Source: Kiritimatiellia bacterium (lineage in GTDB: Bacteria > Verrucomicrobiota > Kiritimatiellia > RFP12 > UBA1067). Taken from it: 64,000 nucleotides of DNA. How positions within the stretch are numbered: the first letter of the stretch is position 1; every line of letters starts with the position of its first letter. The stretch lies in NCBI GenBank assembly GCA_050949565.1, contig JBMNFY010000010.1:128001-192000 (forward strand), written 5' to 3'. The position numbers and the translations under genes were made by a program. Positions 18,992 through 29,313 of this stretch are shown here, piece after piece. A model generated the notes under the pieces. The model made no database searches and was not told the origin of the DNA. It was given only the letters and a program-made list of their open reading frames with translations.

Positions 18992-19867
18992 ATGAAAACC
19001 GTGTTTATTTCCTTGTTGATCGCCGTTGGATTCTTGGCTGCTCCTTCCGTTTCCGCGCAGGCACCGAACCAAGACGAAGCCAAACGGGGTGCCATCGATT
19101 GGCAGCCGACGAAGACCGATACCTGGAAGCGTTTCACGCGCCACCACTTCACGGTGGACGGCAAGTCGTGCTGGGTGGCGGTTCCGCCCAGTCCACGCTC
19201 CGGTAATCCGTGGGTCTGGTGCATGGAGTTCCCCACGGCATTTGACGACCGCACCGGCGTCGTGCCGCTGGTGGAGAACGGCTTCTACTACGCCTACATG
19301 AACGTCGGCAACACCTTCGGCAGTCCGGCTGCGCAGGAGCATTTCGACCGCTTTTATGAGCACATGACCGCGAAGGGGCTCAGTCCGCGTGTCTCGCTGA
19401 TCGGTGTCAGCCGCGGCGGTCTCTACGCATACCGGTTTGCCTCCCGCAACCCCGCGCGCGTTGTCTGCATCTATGGCGATGCGCCGGTCTGCGACTTCAA
19501 AAGCTGGCCTGGCGGCAAGGGTAAAGGTAAGGGCAGCAGTGGTGACTGGCAAAGCCTACTGAAACACTACGGTTTCAAGGACGAGGCGGAAGCTCTGGCG
19601 TATCCCGGTAATCCGGTTGACACCCTTGCGCCCTTGGCCGCAGCCAACATCCCGTTGATTCATGTAGTCGGCGACACCGATGACGTTGTGCCGGTCGAAG
19701 AGAACACGGCGGTGATCGAGCAGCGTTACAAGGCTTTGGGCGGCACGATCACTGTCTTCCACAAGCCTGGCGTGGGTCATCATCCGCACGGCCTTGATGA
19801 TCCCGCGCCTGTGGCCGAGTTGATCCAGACCTACACGACGCGCCGGGATACCGAGAAACGTCAGTGA
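18992..19867 (+). CDS. Secreted alpha/beta hydrolase (esterase-like)
   Basis: Signal peptide, GVSRGG, GDTDDVV, GHHPHG. Confidence 0.85.
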   Translation: MKTVFISLLIAVGFLAAPSVSAQAPNQDEAKRGAIDWQPTKTDTWKRFTRHHFTVDGKSCWVAVPPSPRSGNPWVWCMEFPTAFDDRTGVVPLVENGFYYAYMNVGNTFGSPAAQEHFDRFYEHMTAKGLSPRVSLIGVSRGGLYAYRFASRNPARVVCIYGDAPVCDFKSWPGGKGKGKGSSGDWQSLLKHYGFKDEAEALAYPGNPVDTLAPLAAANIPLIHVVGDTDDVVPVEENTAVIEQRYKALGGTITVFHKPGVGHHPHGLDDPAPVAELIQTYTTRRDTEKRQ

Positions 19868-21249
19868 CGCAAAGCAACACCGACATCTTGCTGGTGGGCG
19901 TGAATGCGCGTTACAGCCATTGCGCGTTCGCCGCGCGATCGCTGATCGCCAATCTGGGTGCGCTCGCACCGCGCGCCAGTCTGTTGGAGTGTGATCTGGA
20001 GATCACGCCGCTGCAGCTTGCACAGCGCATCCTTGCTTATTCGCCGCGCGTGGTCAGCTTCACAACCTACCTTTGGAACGTGCGCCTCGTCGAGGCGACC
20101 GCGCGCATCCTGCGCAGGGTATCGCCCGGCGTGCGCCTTGTAGCCGGCGGTCCTGAGCTTACCGCCGACTACCCGCACACCGACCTGTTCGACACCGTGA
20201 TCGTAGGGGAGGGGGAATCCGCCTTCCGCGCCTTCTGTGAAAGTGTGCTGACTGACGATGACGAATCCCCGTTCCCTGCTGTCGTGATCAAGGATACGGG
20301 AGAAAACCCCGCCACCCTCGCGCTGCCTTACGATCTCTACACCGACACCGACCTCGCCCAACGTACGGTTTATGTTGAGACGAGCCGCGGCTGCCCATTC
20401 TCCTGCGCTTACTGCACGTCGGCTGGCACCGGCCTCCGCCTGCTCCCGCTCTCGCGCCTGCTACCCGCCTTTGACCGACTCTGGCAGCGTGGTCTGCGTC
20501 AGTTCAAGTTTCTTGACCGTAGTTTCAATGCACCGGTCGCACACGCCTGCGCGGTACTCGACTTTTTCCTCGACCGCGTCACCGACGATACCCGCCTGCA
20601 TCTAGAAATCCAAGCCGATTGCCTGCACCCGGATGTGCTCAAGCGACTGACCGCTTTCCCAAACGAGACCCTGCATCTCGAAGTCGGTGTCCAGACCTTG
20701 ACCCCGCACGTCGCAGCCACGATCGGTCGCAGTCCCGACACCGCGCACACGCTTGAAAATGTACGCGTCTTGACGCAAGAGACCGGCGCGACGGTTCATG
20801 CCGACCTGATTTTTGGATTGCCCGGCGAGGACGAGGCGGCCTTCGCGCGCAGCTTCAACAAACTGGTCACCGTCTGCGCTCCCCCCAAAGTGCAGGTCAA
20901 CTTGCTGAAAGGCCTGCCGGGCACGCGTTTCGTGCGCGAGGCGCAACGCTTCGGCCTCGTCTTCAACCCCGAACCGCCTTACGAACTGCTGTACTCTGAC
21001 GCGATGGACTTTGCAACGCTCGCGCGAGTCCAGCGTTTCGCGCGTTGCTGGGAGTTGGTACACAACCGCGGCCACTTCGGCGAGGCGTGCCGTCGCCTGC
21101 GCATGCTGGCCGACGGCGATCCCTACGCCTGCTATCAGGCGTTGACCGACCATCTGAGCGCGGCCGAAGGCAAGCTCTTCGCTATTGCGCGTGCGCGTCT
21201 CGCCGTCCTGCTGGATGACTTTCTCTCCGCCCAATCCCATGAGTGTTGA
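19864..21249 (+). CDS. B12-binding domain radical SAM protein
   Basis: ETSRGCPFSCAYC (CxxxCxxC), GEGE, DLIFGLPGE. Confidence 0.9.
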   Translation: MTQSNTDILLVGVNARYSHCAFAARSLIANLGALAPRASLLECDLEITPLQLAQRILAYSPRVVSFTTYLWNVRLVEATARILRRVSPGVRLVAGGPELTADYPHTDLFDTVIVGEGESAFRAFCESVLTDDDESPFPAVVIKDTGENPATLALPYDLYTDTDLAQRTVYVETSRGCPFSCAYCTSAGTGLRLLPLSRLLPAFDRLWQRGLRQFKFLDRSFNAPVAHACAVLDFFLDRVTDDTRLHLEIQADCLHPDVLKRLTAFPNETLHLEVGVQTLTPHVAATIGRSPDTAHTLENVRVLTQETGATVHADLIFGLPGEDEAAFARSFNKLVTVCAPPKVQVNLLKGLPGTRFVREAQRFGLVFNPEPPYELLYSDAMDFATLARVQRFARCWELVHNRGHFGEACRRLRMLADGDPYACYQALTDHLSAAEGKLFAIARARLAVLLDDFLSAQSHEC

Positions 21250-21997
21250 ATCCATTACGCCTTACAGCAGTGGCGAACGCAAGCGCGAGCAGATCACGCA
21301 AGCCTTCGATGTGATTGCACACCGCTACGACCGTCTTAACCGCATTCTTTCGTTCGGCATCGATAGCGGTTGGCGGCGGCGTGCGTTGCGTCTGCTCGTA
21401 CAAGATCAACCACCGCCGGAGCGTATACTGGATGTTGCGACGGGAACGGCGGATTTCGCGATCCTCGCCGCACGCCGTCTGCCGCGCGCCCACATCACGG
21501 GCATTGATCTGTCGGCGGGCATGCTGGCGACAGGCCGTGCAAAAATCGAACGTGCGAAATTGTGTGACCGTATTGATTTGGTACACGGGGACTGTCTGGA
21601 ACTGCCGTTTGCGGATGGCTCGTTTGATGCGGTGACCGTTGCCTTCGGCGTGCGCAATTTTGAAAACATCGCGGCGGGGCTGGCAGAGATGCGCCGCGTG
21701 CTCGCGCCGGGCGGATGCGTTGTGATCCTTGAACTTTCACAGCCTGAGCGTATGCCGATGCGCGCACTCTTCCGGCTCTACCTCAGGGGCGTCATGCCGC
21801 TGCTCGGGCGTCTCTTCTCAGGACACGTACAAGAGTACCGCTATCTGCCGGCTTCGATCGAACAGGTGCCGCAAGGCCAAGTTATGCTGGATTTGCTGTG
21901 CGCGGCTGGCTTTGACGCCTGCCACAGCACGTGTTATACCTTCGGCATCTGCTCGTGCTACACCGGGAAAAACCATGAGACACCTGAAGTCTCATGA
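21239..21997 (+). CDS. ubiE: Demethylmenaquinone/ubiquinone methyltransferase (UbiE/MenG)
   Basis: YDRLNRILSFG, LDVATGTAD, AFGVRNF, RVLAPGG; likely start MSVESI at 21239. Confidence 0.92.
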   Translation: MSVESITPYSSGERKREQITQAFDVIAHRYDRLNRILSFGIDSGWRRRALRLLVQDQPPPERILDVATGTADFAILAARRLPRAHITGIDLSAGMLATGRAKIERAKLCDRIDLVHGDCLELPFADGSFDAVTVAFGVRNFENIAAGLAEMRRVLAPGGCVVILELSQPERMPMRALFRLYLRGVMPLLGRLFSGHVQEYRYLPASIEQVPQGQVMLDLLCAAGFDACHSTCYTFGICSCYTGKNHETPEVS

Positions 21998-22131
21998 AAC
22001 CTCGGTTTCATTCTGGGTGTTTTGGGTAGCTGGGATTCAACGAAGTTGAATCGCATCAGCCAATCTTTCGCCTTGCGAATGATGCGCATATCTGATTAAC
22101 TATGCGCGTTTTCGAGCGGAAGTGAACGCGA

Positions 22132-22911
22132 ATGAGTGAAACCGCAACCAAAGAGTTGGCCGAAGTCCGCTGGCGCAAGCTTCGCGACCTCGTGCATGAA
22201 CACGGCATCCTGCGCGTGGAGGAGTTGGCCGCAGAGCTAGGGGTCTCAGCCGCCACGGTGCGGCGTGATTTGGCCGCGCTCGAGGCCTCCGGTGAGTTGC
22301 GCCGCATCCATGGCGGTGCCATGGCACCGGAACGGTGCGCTGCGGAACCGTTGTTCGACGATAAGACCGCTATGGCCGCGCCGGAGAAACAACGCATCGC
22401 CGAAGCCGCCCTCACGCTTGTTGGCCCGCGTGATGTCATCTATCTCGACGGTGGCAGTACGACCGTCGCGCTGGCGCGCTTACTCATTCCGTTCAAGCAG
22501 TTGACCGTCGTTACCAACTCGTTGCGCGTGGCGCAGGTTTTCAGTAACGGCGGTCCCCGCATGATCCTGACCGGCGGCGAGTGTCGCTTGCTCAGCCAGA
22601 CGTTCGTCGGGCCGCTCACGCGCGCGGTGCTGGATCAGATGCATCTCGATATCGCTTTTATGGGCACCATCGGTGTTTCGGTCCAGCAGGGTATGACCAC
22701 CACCGATCCAGCCGAGGCTTTCACCAAAGAGCAGGCGATGGCGCGCGCCTCACGCATCGTGCTGCTGGCCGACAGTACGAAGTTCGGTAAGACGAGCTTC
22801 GTGAGATTCGGTACGATCGACCAGATTTCTACCGTGATCACAGACAAACAGATGCCGACCGCTGAGCGGAAGGCGTTCCAACGCGCCGGAGTCGATACCA
22901 TTCTTGTTTAA
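22132..22911 (+). CDS. DeoR/GlpR family transcriptional regulator
   Basis: VSAATVRRDL, RIHGGA, LDGGSTT, VVTNS, DSTKFG. Confidence 0.95.
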   Translation: MSETATKELAEVRWRKLRDLVHEHGILRVEELAAELGVSAATVRRDLAALEASGELRRIHGGAMAPERCAAEPLFDDKTAMAAPEKQRIAEAALTLVGPRDVIYLDGGSTTVALARLLIPFKQLTVVTNSLRVAQVFSNGGPRMILTGGECRLLSQTFVGPLTRAVLDQMHLDIAFMGTIGVSVQQGMTTTDPAEAFTKEQAMARASRIVLLADSTKFGKTSFVRFGTIDQISTVITDKQMPTAERKAFQRAGVDTILV

Positions 22912-22940
22912 CCCCACACTAACCGAAAGACACGATCATT

Positions 22941-25238
22941 ATGAGTACGAACAACTACCTCAGCACGCTGAAACCGAAGTTCAAGCCGACCGTCCACTCG
23001 CTCGGCAAGATCCCCGCCTACCAGTACAAGGGTTCACTGAAAGAGGAACTCGCCGCTGGCACCCTCACGCCCGCTCAGACTGTCGATGTGTTGGAAGACA
23101 TGTTGATGATCCGCGAGTTTGAAGAGATGATCGTCAAGCTGCGCTCCGGCGCGTACGATGCTTGCAAAGGCTATCAGTACCGCGGTCCCACGCACGTCTC
23201 GATCGGACAGGAAGCCACATCCGTCGGTTGCTGCGCGGCGATGCGCTATGACGACCAGATCACCTCGACCCACCGCGGTCACGGCGATTCACTGGCCAAA
23301 GGGTGCGCCGCCATCCGCGGCATGAGCGTGGACGAGTTGAAGGCCCGTATTCCGGATTGCAAAGCTGCCAAGCGCAAAGAGCTGATTGAAGCCGCCCTGG
23401 AAGATCACGTCTACCGGGCGATCGCTGAGCTGTTCGGCAAAGAGGACGGCTACTGCAAGGGGCGCGGCGGCGGCATGCACATCGCGGATTTCTCGGCCGG
23501 CCACCTTGGCGCTAACGCGATCGTCGGCGGCGGCGTGCCGATCGCCACCGGTTCAGCGATCAGCTCGCGCTACTTCAAGAATGGCAAGGTCACCTGTTGC
23601 TTCGCGGGCGACGGCGCTTACGCCAACGGCGTCGTGCTGGAGTCGCTCAACTGGGCTGCCATGGGTCAGTTCGCCAATCCTGACTACACCAAGGAGCCTT
23701 TCGGTCTGCCTATTGTCTATGCCATCATCAACAACCACTATGGCTTTACCGGGCGCACGGACGGCGAGGTTTCGGGCACCGCCACGGTTGCGCGTCGCGC
23801 GGCTGGCTTCGCGGACAACAACATGCACGCCGAGGTGATTAACGGCATGGATATTCTTGCCTGCATGGACGCCATGCGCCGCGCAGCCGAGCTGTGCCGC
23901 AAGGGCGAAGGTCCCGTGTTGCTGGAGTTCGACACCTACCGTAACTACGGCCATTCGCTCGGCGACCCGCGTAACGAATACCGCACTAAAGAGGAAGAGG
24001 CCGCATGGAAGGCGCTCGACCCGATCGCGAACTTCGAGCAGCAGATGCTCGACAACGGCTGCATCACGCCCAAGAAGCTCGCCGATCTCAAAGCCAAGGT
24101 GGCTGACCGCAATGCCCGCATGGCAGCCAAGGCCGCGTGGTCACAGGATCCCGATCCGGCCGACGTGATCAAATACATGTACACCGACACCCGCGTGGAC
24201 ACGGTGCCCGAGGAGTTCGCCACCGTCAAGCCCGTGGGCGAGTTGCCTGTGATCAAGCGCACTGAAGACGGCCAGATCACCTACAAGGACGCGATCAAGG
24301 AAGCGATGATCGAAGAGATGCTGCGCGACAGCCGCGTGGTGCAATGGGGCGAGGACATCGCCGAGTACGGCGGCGCCTTCAAGGTCACCAAGGGGCTGAC
24401 CGAGGCTTTTGGTCGTGACCGCGTCTTCAATGCGCCGATTTCGGAAGCCTGCATCTGCGGCACGGCGGTCGGTGCGTCCATGACCGGCCTGCGTCCGGTG
24501 GTCGAGCTGATGTATATGGACTTTGGCCTGATGGCCTCCGACCAGATTTCCAATCAGGCGGCCAAATGGCACTACATGTCCGGTGCCAGCATTGAGGTGC
24601 CGCTGGTCATCCGCGCCTCGGTCGGCGGTGGCAAGGGCTACGGCGGCCAGCACTCCCAGACGCTGGAGTCAATGTTCGCCCACATTCCGGGGCTTTACGT
24701 CGTCTATCCGGCCACGCCCTACGATGCCAAAGGCATGCTGAAGAGCGCGATCCGCGACAACAATCCGGTTCTCTTCGTTGAGTCGCAGATCATGTACAAC
24801 TACAAAGGCGTGGTGCCGGCGGAAGAGTACCTGATCCCGCTGGGCAAGGCCGATGTCAAACGCGCCGGCGATAAGGTTTCGATCATCACGTGGGGGCCGA
24901 TGCTCTACGAGGCGCTGAAGGCGGCGGACACGCTCGCTGCGCAGGATATCTCAGCCGAGGTTGTCGACATCCGCTCACTGGTGCCGCTGGACATCGAGAC
25001 GATCCTCGCCTCGGTGCGCAAGACCGGCCGCTGCGTGGTTGCCAGCCATTGTGTCGACATCGGTAGCTACACCGGCGAGATCGCGTCGCGTATCATGGCC
25101 GAAGCCTTTGATTCGTTGGACGCTCCGGTTCTGCGCGTCGGTGCCAAGAACGGCATCGCGCCGCAGGCCTATTCGCTGGAAGACGCCTTCCTGCCGCATG
25201 ACCGCGACATCGTCGCCGCAGTGAACCAGCTTCTCTAA
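22941..25238 (+). CDS. Fused alpha/beta E1 component of a 2-oxoacid/acetoin dehydrogenase (TPP-dependent)
   Basis: GQEA, THRGHG, GRGGGMH, GDGA...NN, GEDIAEYGG, PISEA, QHSQ. Confidence 0.92.
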   Translation: MSTNNYLSTLKPKFKPTVHSLGKIPAYQYKGSLKEELAAGTLTPAQTVDVLEDMLMIREFEEMIVKLRSGAYDACKGYQYRGPTHVSIGQEATSVGCCAAMRYDDQITSTHRGHGDSLAKGCAAIRGMSVDELKARIPDCKAAKRKELIEAALEDHVYRAIAELFGKEDGYCKGRGGGMHIADFSAGHLGANAIVGGGVPIATGSAISSRYFKNGKVTCCFAGDGAYANGVVLESLNWAAMGQFANPDYTKEPFGLPIVYAIINNHYGFTGRTDGEVSGTATVARRAAGFADNNMHAEVINGMDILACMDAMRRAAELCRKGEGPVLLEFDTYRNYGHSLGDPRNEYRTKEEEAAWKALDPIANFEQQMLDNGCITPKKLADLKAKVADRNARMAAKAAWSQDPDPADVIKYMYTDTRVDTVPEEFATVKPVGELPVIKRTEDGQITYKDAIKEAMIEEMLRDSRVVQWGEDIAEYGGAFKVTKGLTEAFGRDRVFNAPISEACICGTAVGASMTGLRPVVELMYMDFGLMASDQISNQAAKWHYMSGASIEVPLVIRASVGGGKGYGGQHSQTLESMFAHIPGLYVVYPATPYDAKGMLKSAIRDNNPVLFVESQIMYNYKGVVPAEEYLIPLGKADVKRAGDKVSIITWGPMLYEALKAADTLAAQDISAEVVDIRSLVPLDIETILASVRKTGRCVVASHCVDIGSYTGEIASRIMAEAFDSLDAPVLRVGAKNGIAPQAYSLEDAFLPHDRDIVAAVNQLL

Positions 25239-25272
25239 TCACGGAAACGAACGGACCTGTTTAGAGTCGAAC

Positions 25273-25307
25273 GGGATGGCGGAATATTCGCCATCCCCTT
25301 TTTTTTT
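25273..25307 (+). terminator. Rho-independent terminator
   Basis: GGGATGGCG-loop-CGCCATCCC followed by a long T tract. Confidence 0.85.
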
Positions 25308-25445
25308 GTTTTGTGAGAACGCCGAATGTCGAACGTCAAACATCGAACACAGAAGTGTTAAACTTGAAGCTAGGAACCCTCTTCATCTCATTATTGCATC
25401 TGTGCGGCAGACGTGCTACGGTCTAGCGATGAAGGAGGAGCAGTC

Positions 25446-25859
25446 ATGTCCCTGACACGTTTCAGCGTCTCGTTGGAAGAGTCGCTCATGCGGCAGTTCG
25501 ATGCGAAAATCAAGGCGGAGCGTTGTCCGACCCGCTCGAAGGCGGTCGGCGACCTGATCCGCGCCAGTCTGGTGCAGACCGAGTGGCAGGACGGAGAAGA
25601 GGTGGCTGGCGCGATCGTGCTGGTCTACGACCACCACACCAGCAACATTGTTAAAATCCTCACGCAGGTTCAGCACGACCACCACACGGCGATCATCTCG
25701 ACGCAGCATGTGCATCTCGATCATCACAACTGCCTAGAGATCATCGCCGTGCGCGGCCAACCTTCCGAAATCCACACGCTGCTCAACCGCCTCAAAGCCA
25801 TCAAAGGGCTCAAGCATGTGTCGCTGGCGGCCGGGACGACGGGCGAGCGGCTTGTGTAG
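25446..25859 (+). CDS. nikR: Nickel-responsive regulator NikR
   Basis: RFSVSL, RSKAVGDLIR, YDHH, HVHLDHHNCLE; GAAGGAGGAG RBS before ATG at 25446. Confidence 0.93.
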   Translation: MSLTRFSVSLEESLMRQFDAKIKAERCPTRSKAVGDLIRASLVQTEWQDGEEVAGAIVLVYDHHTSNIVKILTQVQHDHHTAIISTQHVHLDHHNCLEIIAVRGQPSEIHTLLNRLKAIKGLKHVSLAAGTTGERLV

Positions 25860-26016
25860 TGAACAGACAATATAATAACGGGCTGGGCGGAAACAATTTG
25901 TGATTTGAGATTGGAGCCCTTGGCGGTCGCACGTCGCGGGTCACGAGTCAACCCCTCTTATTGCGACCACGTAGTGGCTCGCAATCTTGAGAGCAAAAGC
26001 ATTGCTCGGTTTTTAT

Positions 26017-26312
26017 TTTGGAGTGCGAGTGACAAGAGCCGCGCTGTGCGCGGGTCGCGGCACCGCTTTCCGGTCCGTCCACGCTAAAGCGGCGTCGCGC
26101 GGAATACCGCTTGCCGCCGCTCCAAATCATTTGCCAGACTTGCGAGCATCTTAAATTGAGTTGTGGGCTCCGCCTGCAGGAGTTCGTTAGTGCATGAGCG
26201 TTGAGCGCAGAGCCAAAGCCCCGGAGTGGCGGCTTCACCTTAGCCCAGGGTAAGCGGAACGCCGCCTTGGGTCTGGGTCACGCCAACATTCGTGGCCTGA
26301 AGGGCCACTTCA
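26017..26312. repeat. Cluster of REP-like palindromes
   Basis: TTTGGAGTGCG...CGCTTT / AAAGCGGCG...GCCGCTCCAAA inverted pair; AGCCCAGGG...GCCTTGGG; GGCCTGAAGGGCC. Confidence 0.65.
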
Positions 26313-26391
26313 AAAAACGAGCCACGTGGGGATCTGTTATATTCCTGTTAAATCGGTATTAGACGACTAAAGGGACAGGTGTTTGGACGAC

Positions 26392-26600
26392 TCATGGAGA
26401 ATCCTTGGTCTTTGCCTCTTGCAATTGCAAGATGAAGCGGTCGTAGTCCGACAGGAAGAGTTTGTCTTGGAGATTGTAGTGATCCACTGAACGTGTGACT
26501 TGGCGTCCACCTTCCTACTGAACTATTCGAAATTTTCGAATAGTTGCCTCTGGTAGCAATTCGAGGCTCTCGAATATCTTCTTGATGTGATAATTGACGT
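26392..26600 (-). pseudogene. RhuM (virulence RhuM family) remnant
   Basis: VNYHIKKIFESLELLPEATIRKFRIVQ*EGGRQVTRSVDHYNLQ joined directly to C-terminal-like DKLFLSDYDRF. Confidence 0.8.
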
Positions 26601-26689
26601 CTAAATACCTGTCCTTAGTCGCGCTCAGCTTTGTGACCACTTGGTGATCACAAAAAGTTAGACAACCAAGGGATGGGTAATTTGAAGCG

Positions 26690-26750
26690 CCCGCTGCCCA
26701 CTGCTCACTGCCCATTACCTATTACTTCTTACCTCTTACCTCTTACTTCC
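26690..26750. repeat. Heptamer array (CACTGCC / CTTACCT)
   Basis: Visible degenerate tandem 7-mers upstream of lysS. Confidence 0.8.
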
Positions 26751-26840
26751 AACCGCGTGGTCCGCGGTGAAATTGTTCTCGTGACTGACACGGGGTGCAA
26801 AGTATGCTACAGTGTGCCGTCACGGAAGGAAAACTAGGTC

Positions 26841-28307
26841 ATGTCAGAGGAACAACAACAATCGGTCAATGAGTACCGCGCGCAGCGCATTGTGAATCTC
26901 CGGAAGCTGGAGGAGTTGGGCTTCGAACCGTACGGACGGGCGTTCGAACGTACCCGTCTTTCCGAAGTACGCGCTGGATTTGAAGAGGATAAAAAAGTGC
27001 GGGCGGCGGGTCGGCTGATGACGATCCGGCGCATGGGCAAGGCCTCGTTCGCCACGATCAGCGACGGGACGGCCAACTTCCAGATCTTCATCAAGAAGGA
27101 TCTGCTCAGCGAGACGTTGTTCGAGGGCTTCAAACATCTGGACCTTGGCGATTTCATCGGGGTCGAGGGGCGGCTTTTCACGACCCGCGCGGGCGAGCCG
27201 ACCATTGAAGTGCATTCATGGAGTTTCCTGGGCAAGGCGATTTTACAGCCGCCGGAGAAGTTCCACGGCTTGCAGGATGTCGAGGAACGCTACCGCAAGC
27301 GGTATCTGGATCTGATGATGAATCCCGAGTCGCGCGACCGCTTCAACAAGCGCAGCGCGATCCTCGCGGAAATCCGTAACTTTTTGCATGCCCGCGGCTT
27401 TATCGAGGTCGAGACTCCGATGATGCAGGCTCAGGCCGGCGGCGCCGCTGCCAAGCCCTTCTACACGCACCACAACGCGCTCGATACCGAGATGGTGATG
27501 CGTATCGCACCGGAACTCTACCTCAAGCGCCTGATTGTGGGCGGTTTCGACAAGATTTTCGAACTGGGCAAGAACTTCCGCAACGAGGGCATCGACCGCA
27601 CGCACAATCCTGAATTCACGGTGCTCGAGGTCTACGAGGCGTATGGCGACCGCACCTCGATGAAGGCGATTATCGAGGGACTGCTGCCGCACCTCTGCGA
27701 GAAGGTTTTGGGACGCCTGACCGTCGAGTACGGCGAAGCCAAGGAGATTTTAGACTTCACGCCGCCTTACCGCGAGATCGCCTACAAGGACGCGGTCAAG
27801 GAGATGATGGGGCAGGACTGGTTCGATTTGACGGTGCAGCAGGCGCGTGCCAAGGCAGAGGCACAGGGGCTTGAGATCGATCCGGCGTGGGATCACCTAC
27901 TGATTACCCACGAAGTTTACGACAAATTGGTTGAAAAGACGTTGCGTCAGCCGACGTTCGTGACGCGCGTTCCGCGTCAGTTCGTGCCGCTGGCCAAAGC
28001 CTGCGCGGATGATCCGGAACTGGTCGACGTCTTTGAGTTTGTCGTTGCCGGCAAGGAGTTGTGCCCCGGCTATACCGAGCAGAATGACCCCGAAGCGCAA
28101 CGCAAAGCGTTTGCCGACCAGGTGGGCGAAGACACGGAAAAGATCGACGAGGATTTTATCACCGCGCTGGAGCACGGCATGCCGCCGACGGGCGGGCTCG
28201 GTATGGGGATTGACCGGCTGGTCATGATGCTGACCGGTACCGAGGTGATTCGCGACGTGATTCTCTTCCCGCAGCTGAAGAAACTGCAAACTCCCAGTCG
28301 GCAGTAA
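26841..28307 (+). CDS. lysS: Lysine--tRNA ligase, class II
   Basis: AGRL..RRMGKASF, RYRKRYLDL, RIAPELYLKRL, FRNEG, HNPEF, GMPPTGGLGMGIDRL. Confidence 0.98.
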   Translation: MSEEQQQSVNEYRAQRIVNLRKLEELGFEPYGRAFERTRLSEVRAGFEEDKKVRAAGRLMTIRRMGKASFATISDGTANFQIFIKKDLLSETLFEGFKHLDLGDFIGVEGRLFTTRAGEPTIEVHSWSFLGKAILQPPEKFHGLQDVEERYRKRYLDLMMNPESRDRFNKRSAILAEIRNFLHARGFIEVETPMMQAQAGGAAAKPFYTHHNALDTEMVMRIAPELYLKRLIVGGFDKIFELGKNFRNEGIDRTHNPEFTVLEVYEAYGDRTSMKAIIEGLLPHLCEKVLGRLTVEYGEAKEILDFTPPYREIAYKDAVKEMMGQDWFDLTVQQARAKAEAQGLEIDPAWDHLLITHEVYDKLVEKTLRQPTFVTRVPRQFVPLAKACADDPELVDVFEFVVAGKELCPGYTEQNDPEAQRKAFADQVGEDTEKIDEDFITALEHGMPPTGGLGMGIDRLVMMLTGTEVIRDVILFPQLKKLQTPSRQ

Positions 28308-28480
28308 GGCAGTGGGCAGTGGCGGTAAGGCTGTGAGGCGGTAAGGCAGTGAGGCGGTAAGGCTGTGAGGTGGCTCAGAACGCAGAACGTAGAACACAGA
28401 ACGCAGAAGTAGAAAACTCCTAACTCCTAAATCCTAAATAATCCGGGGGCGCGTTCAACGGAGTTGAATCGCCCCCGGGT
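28296..28480. repeat. Octamer/heptamer arrays plus palindrome
   Basis: (GGTAAGGC/TGTGAGGC)n, (NNAGAAC)n, (CTCCTAA)n, then CCGGGGGCG.TTCAAC.GA.GTTGAA.CGCCCCCGG. Confidence 0.85.
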
Positions 28481-28548
28481 TGAAGCTTGACTCTCATTGA
28501 AGAAACACGGAAAATACGCTCGTTTTCAATTCATTAGGAAATAACAGC

Positions 28549-29313
28549 ATGCGTGTAATAGGCGTGATCCCGTCGCGCTGGGGTTCGACGCGGTTTCCAG
28601 GCAAGAGCCTGCACCCGATTTGTGGGAAGCCATTGGTGCAGTGGGTCGTGGAAGCGGCGCGGCGGGCGAGTGCGCTTGATGACATTATGGTCGCCACTGA
28701 TGACGTCCGGATTGCGGACGCGGTGTCCGGTTTTGTCAAAGTGGCGATGACGCGCGCCGACCATCCATCCGGCACCGACCGGGTGGCCGAGGCGGCGCAG
28801 CCCAGCGATGACGATATCGTGATCAATATCCAGGGGGACGAGCCGTTGATCGATCCGGCGCTGATCAACGCGCTGGCCGCGCGTATGAAGGCAGATGCCG
28901 GCTGGGCCATGGCGACCGCTGCGTGTCCGATCCGTTCGATGCGCGATCTCGAAGCGCGTACGGTGGTCAAGGTGGTGTTGGCGCGTGACGGCGGGGCGCT
29001 TTACTTTTCGCGGCTGCCGATTCCGTGTCGCCGCGACGGTGAACCGGATTTGGCGTCCGGGCTCTATCTGCGCCACCTGGGCATCTATGCCTATCGCGGC
29101 GCGTTTCTGAAGCGGCTCGTGCGGGAGCCGCCGTGCCTATTGGAGCGGACTGAGAGTTTGGAGCAGTTGCGTGCCCTCTATCTGGGCGCGCGTATCGCGG
29201 TCATTCAGACCGAGGATTTGGGTGTGGGCGTTGACACGCCGGAGGATGTGCCGGCGGTCGAAGCAATGCTTAGGCAAAGAGTGGAAAGCGAAGGCCAGGA
29301 GTCGAAAGAGTGA
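28549..29313 (+). CDS. kdsB: 3-deoxy-manno-octulosonate cytidylyltransferase
   Basis: IPSRWGSTRFPGK, SGTDR, NIQGDEP, ALYFSR, HLGIYAY, ESLEQLR. Confidence 0.96.
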   Translation: MRVIGVIPSRWGSTRFPGKSLHPICGKPLVQWVVEAARRASALDDIMVATDDVRIADAVSGFVKVAMTRADHPSGTDRVAEAAQPSDDDIVINIQGDEPLIDPALINALAARMKADAGWAMATAACPIRSMRDLEARTVVKVVLARDGGALYFSRLPIPCRRDGEPDLASGLYLRHLGIYAYRGAFLKRLVREPPCLLERTESLEQLRALYLGARIAVIQTEDLGVGVDTPEDVPAVEAMLRQRVESEGQESKE

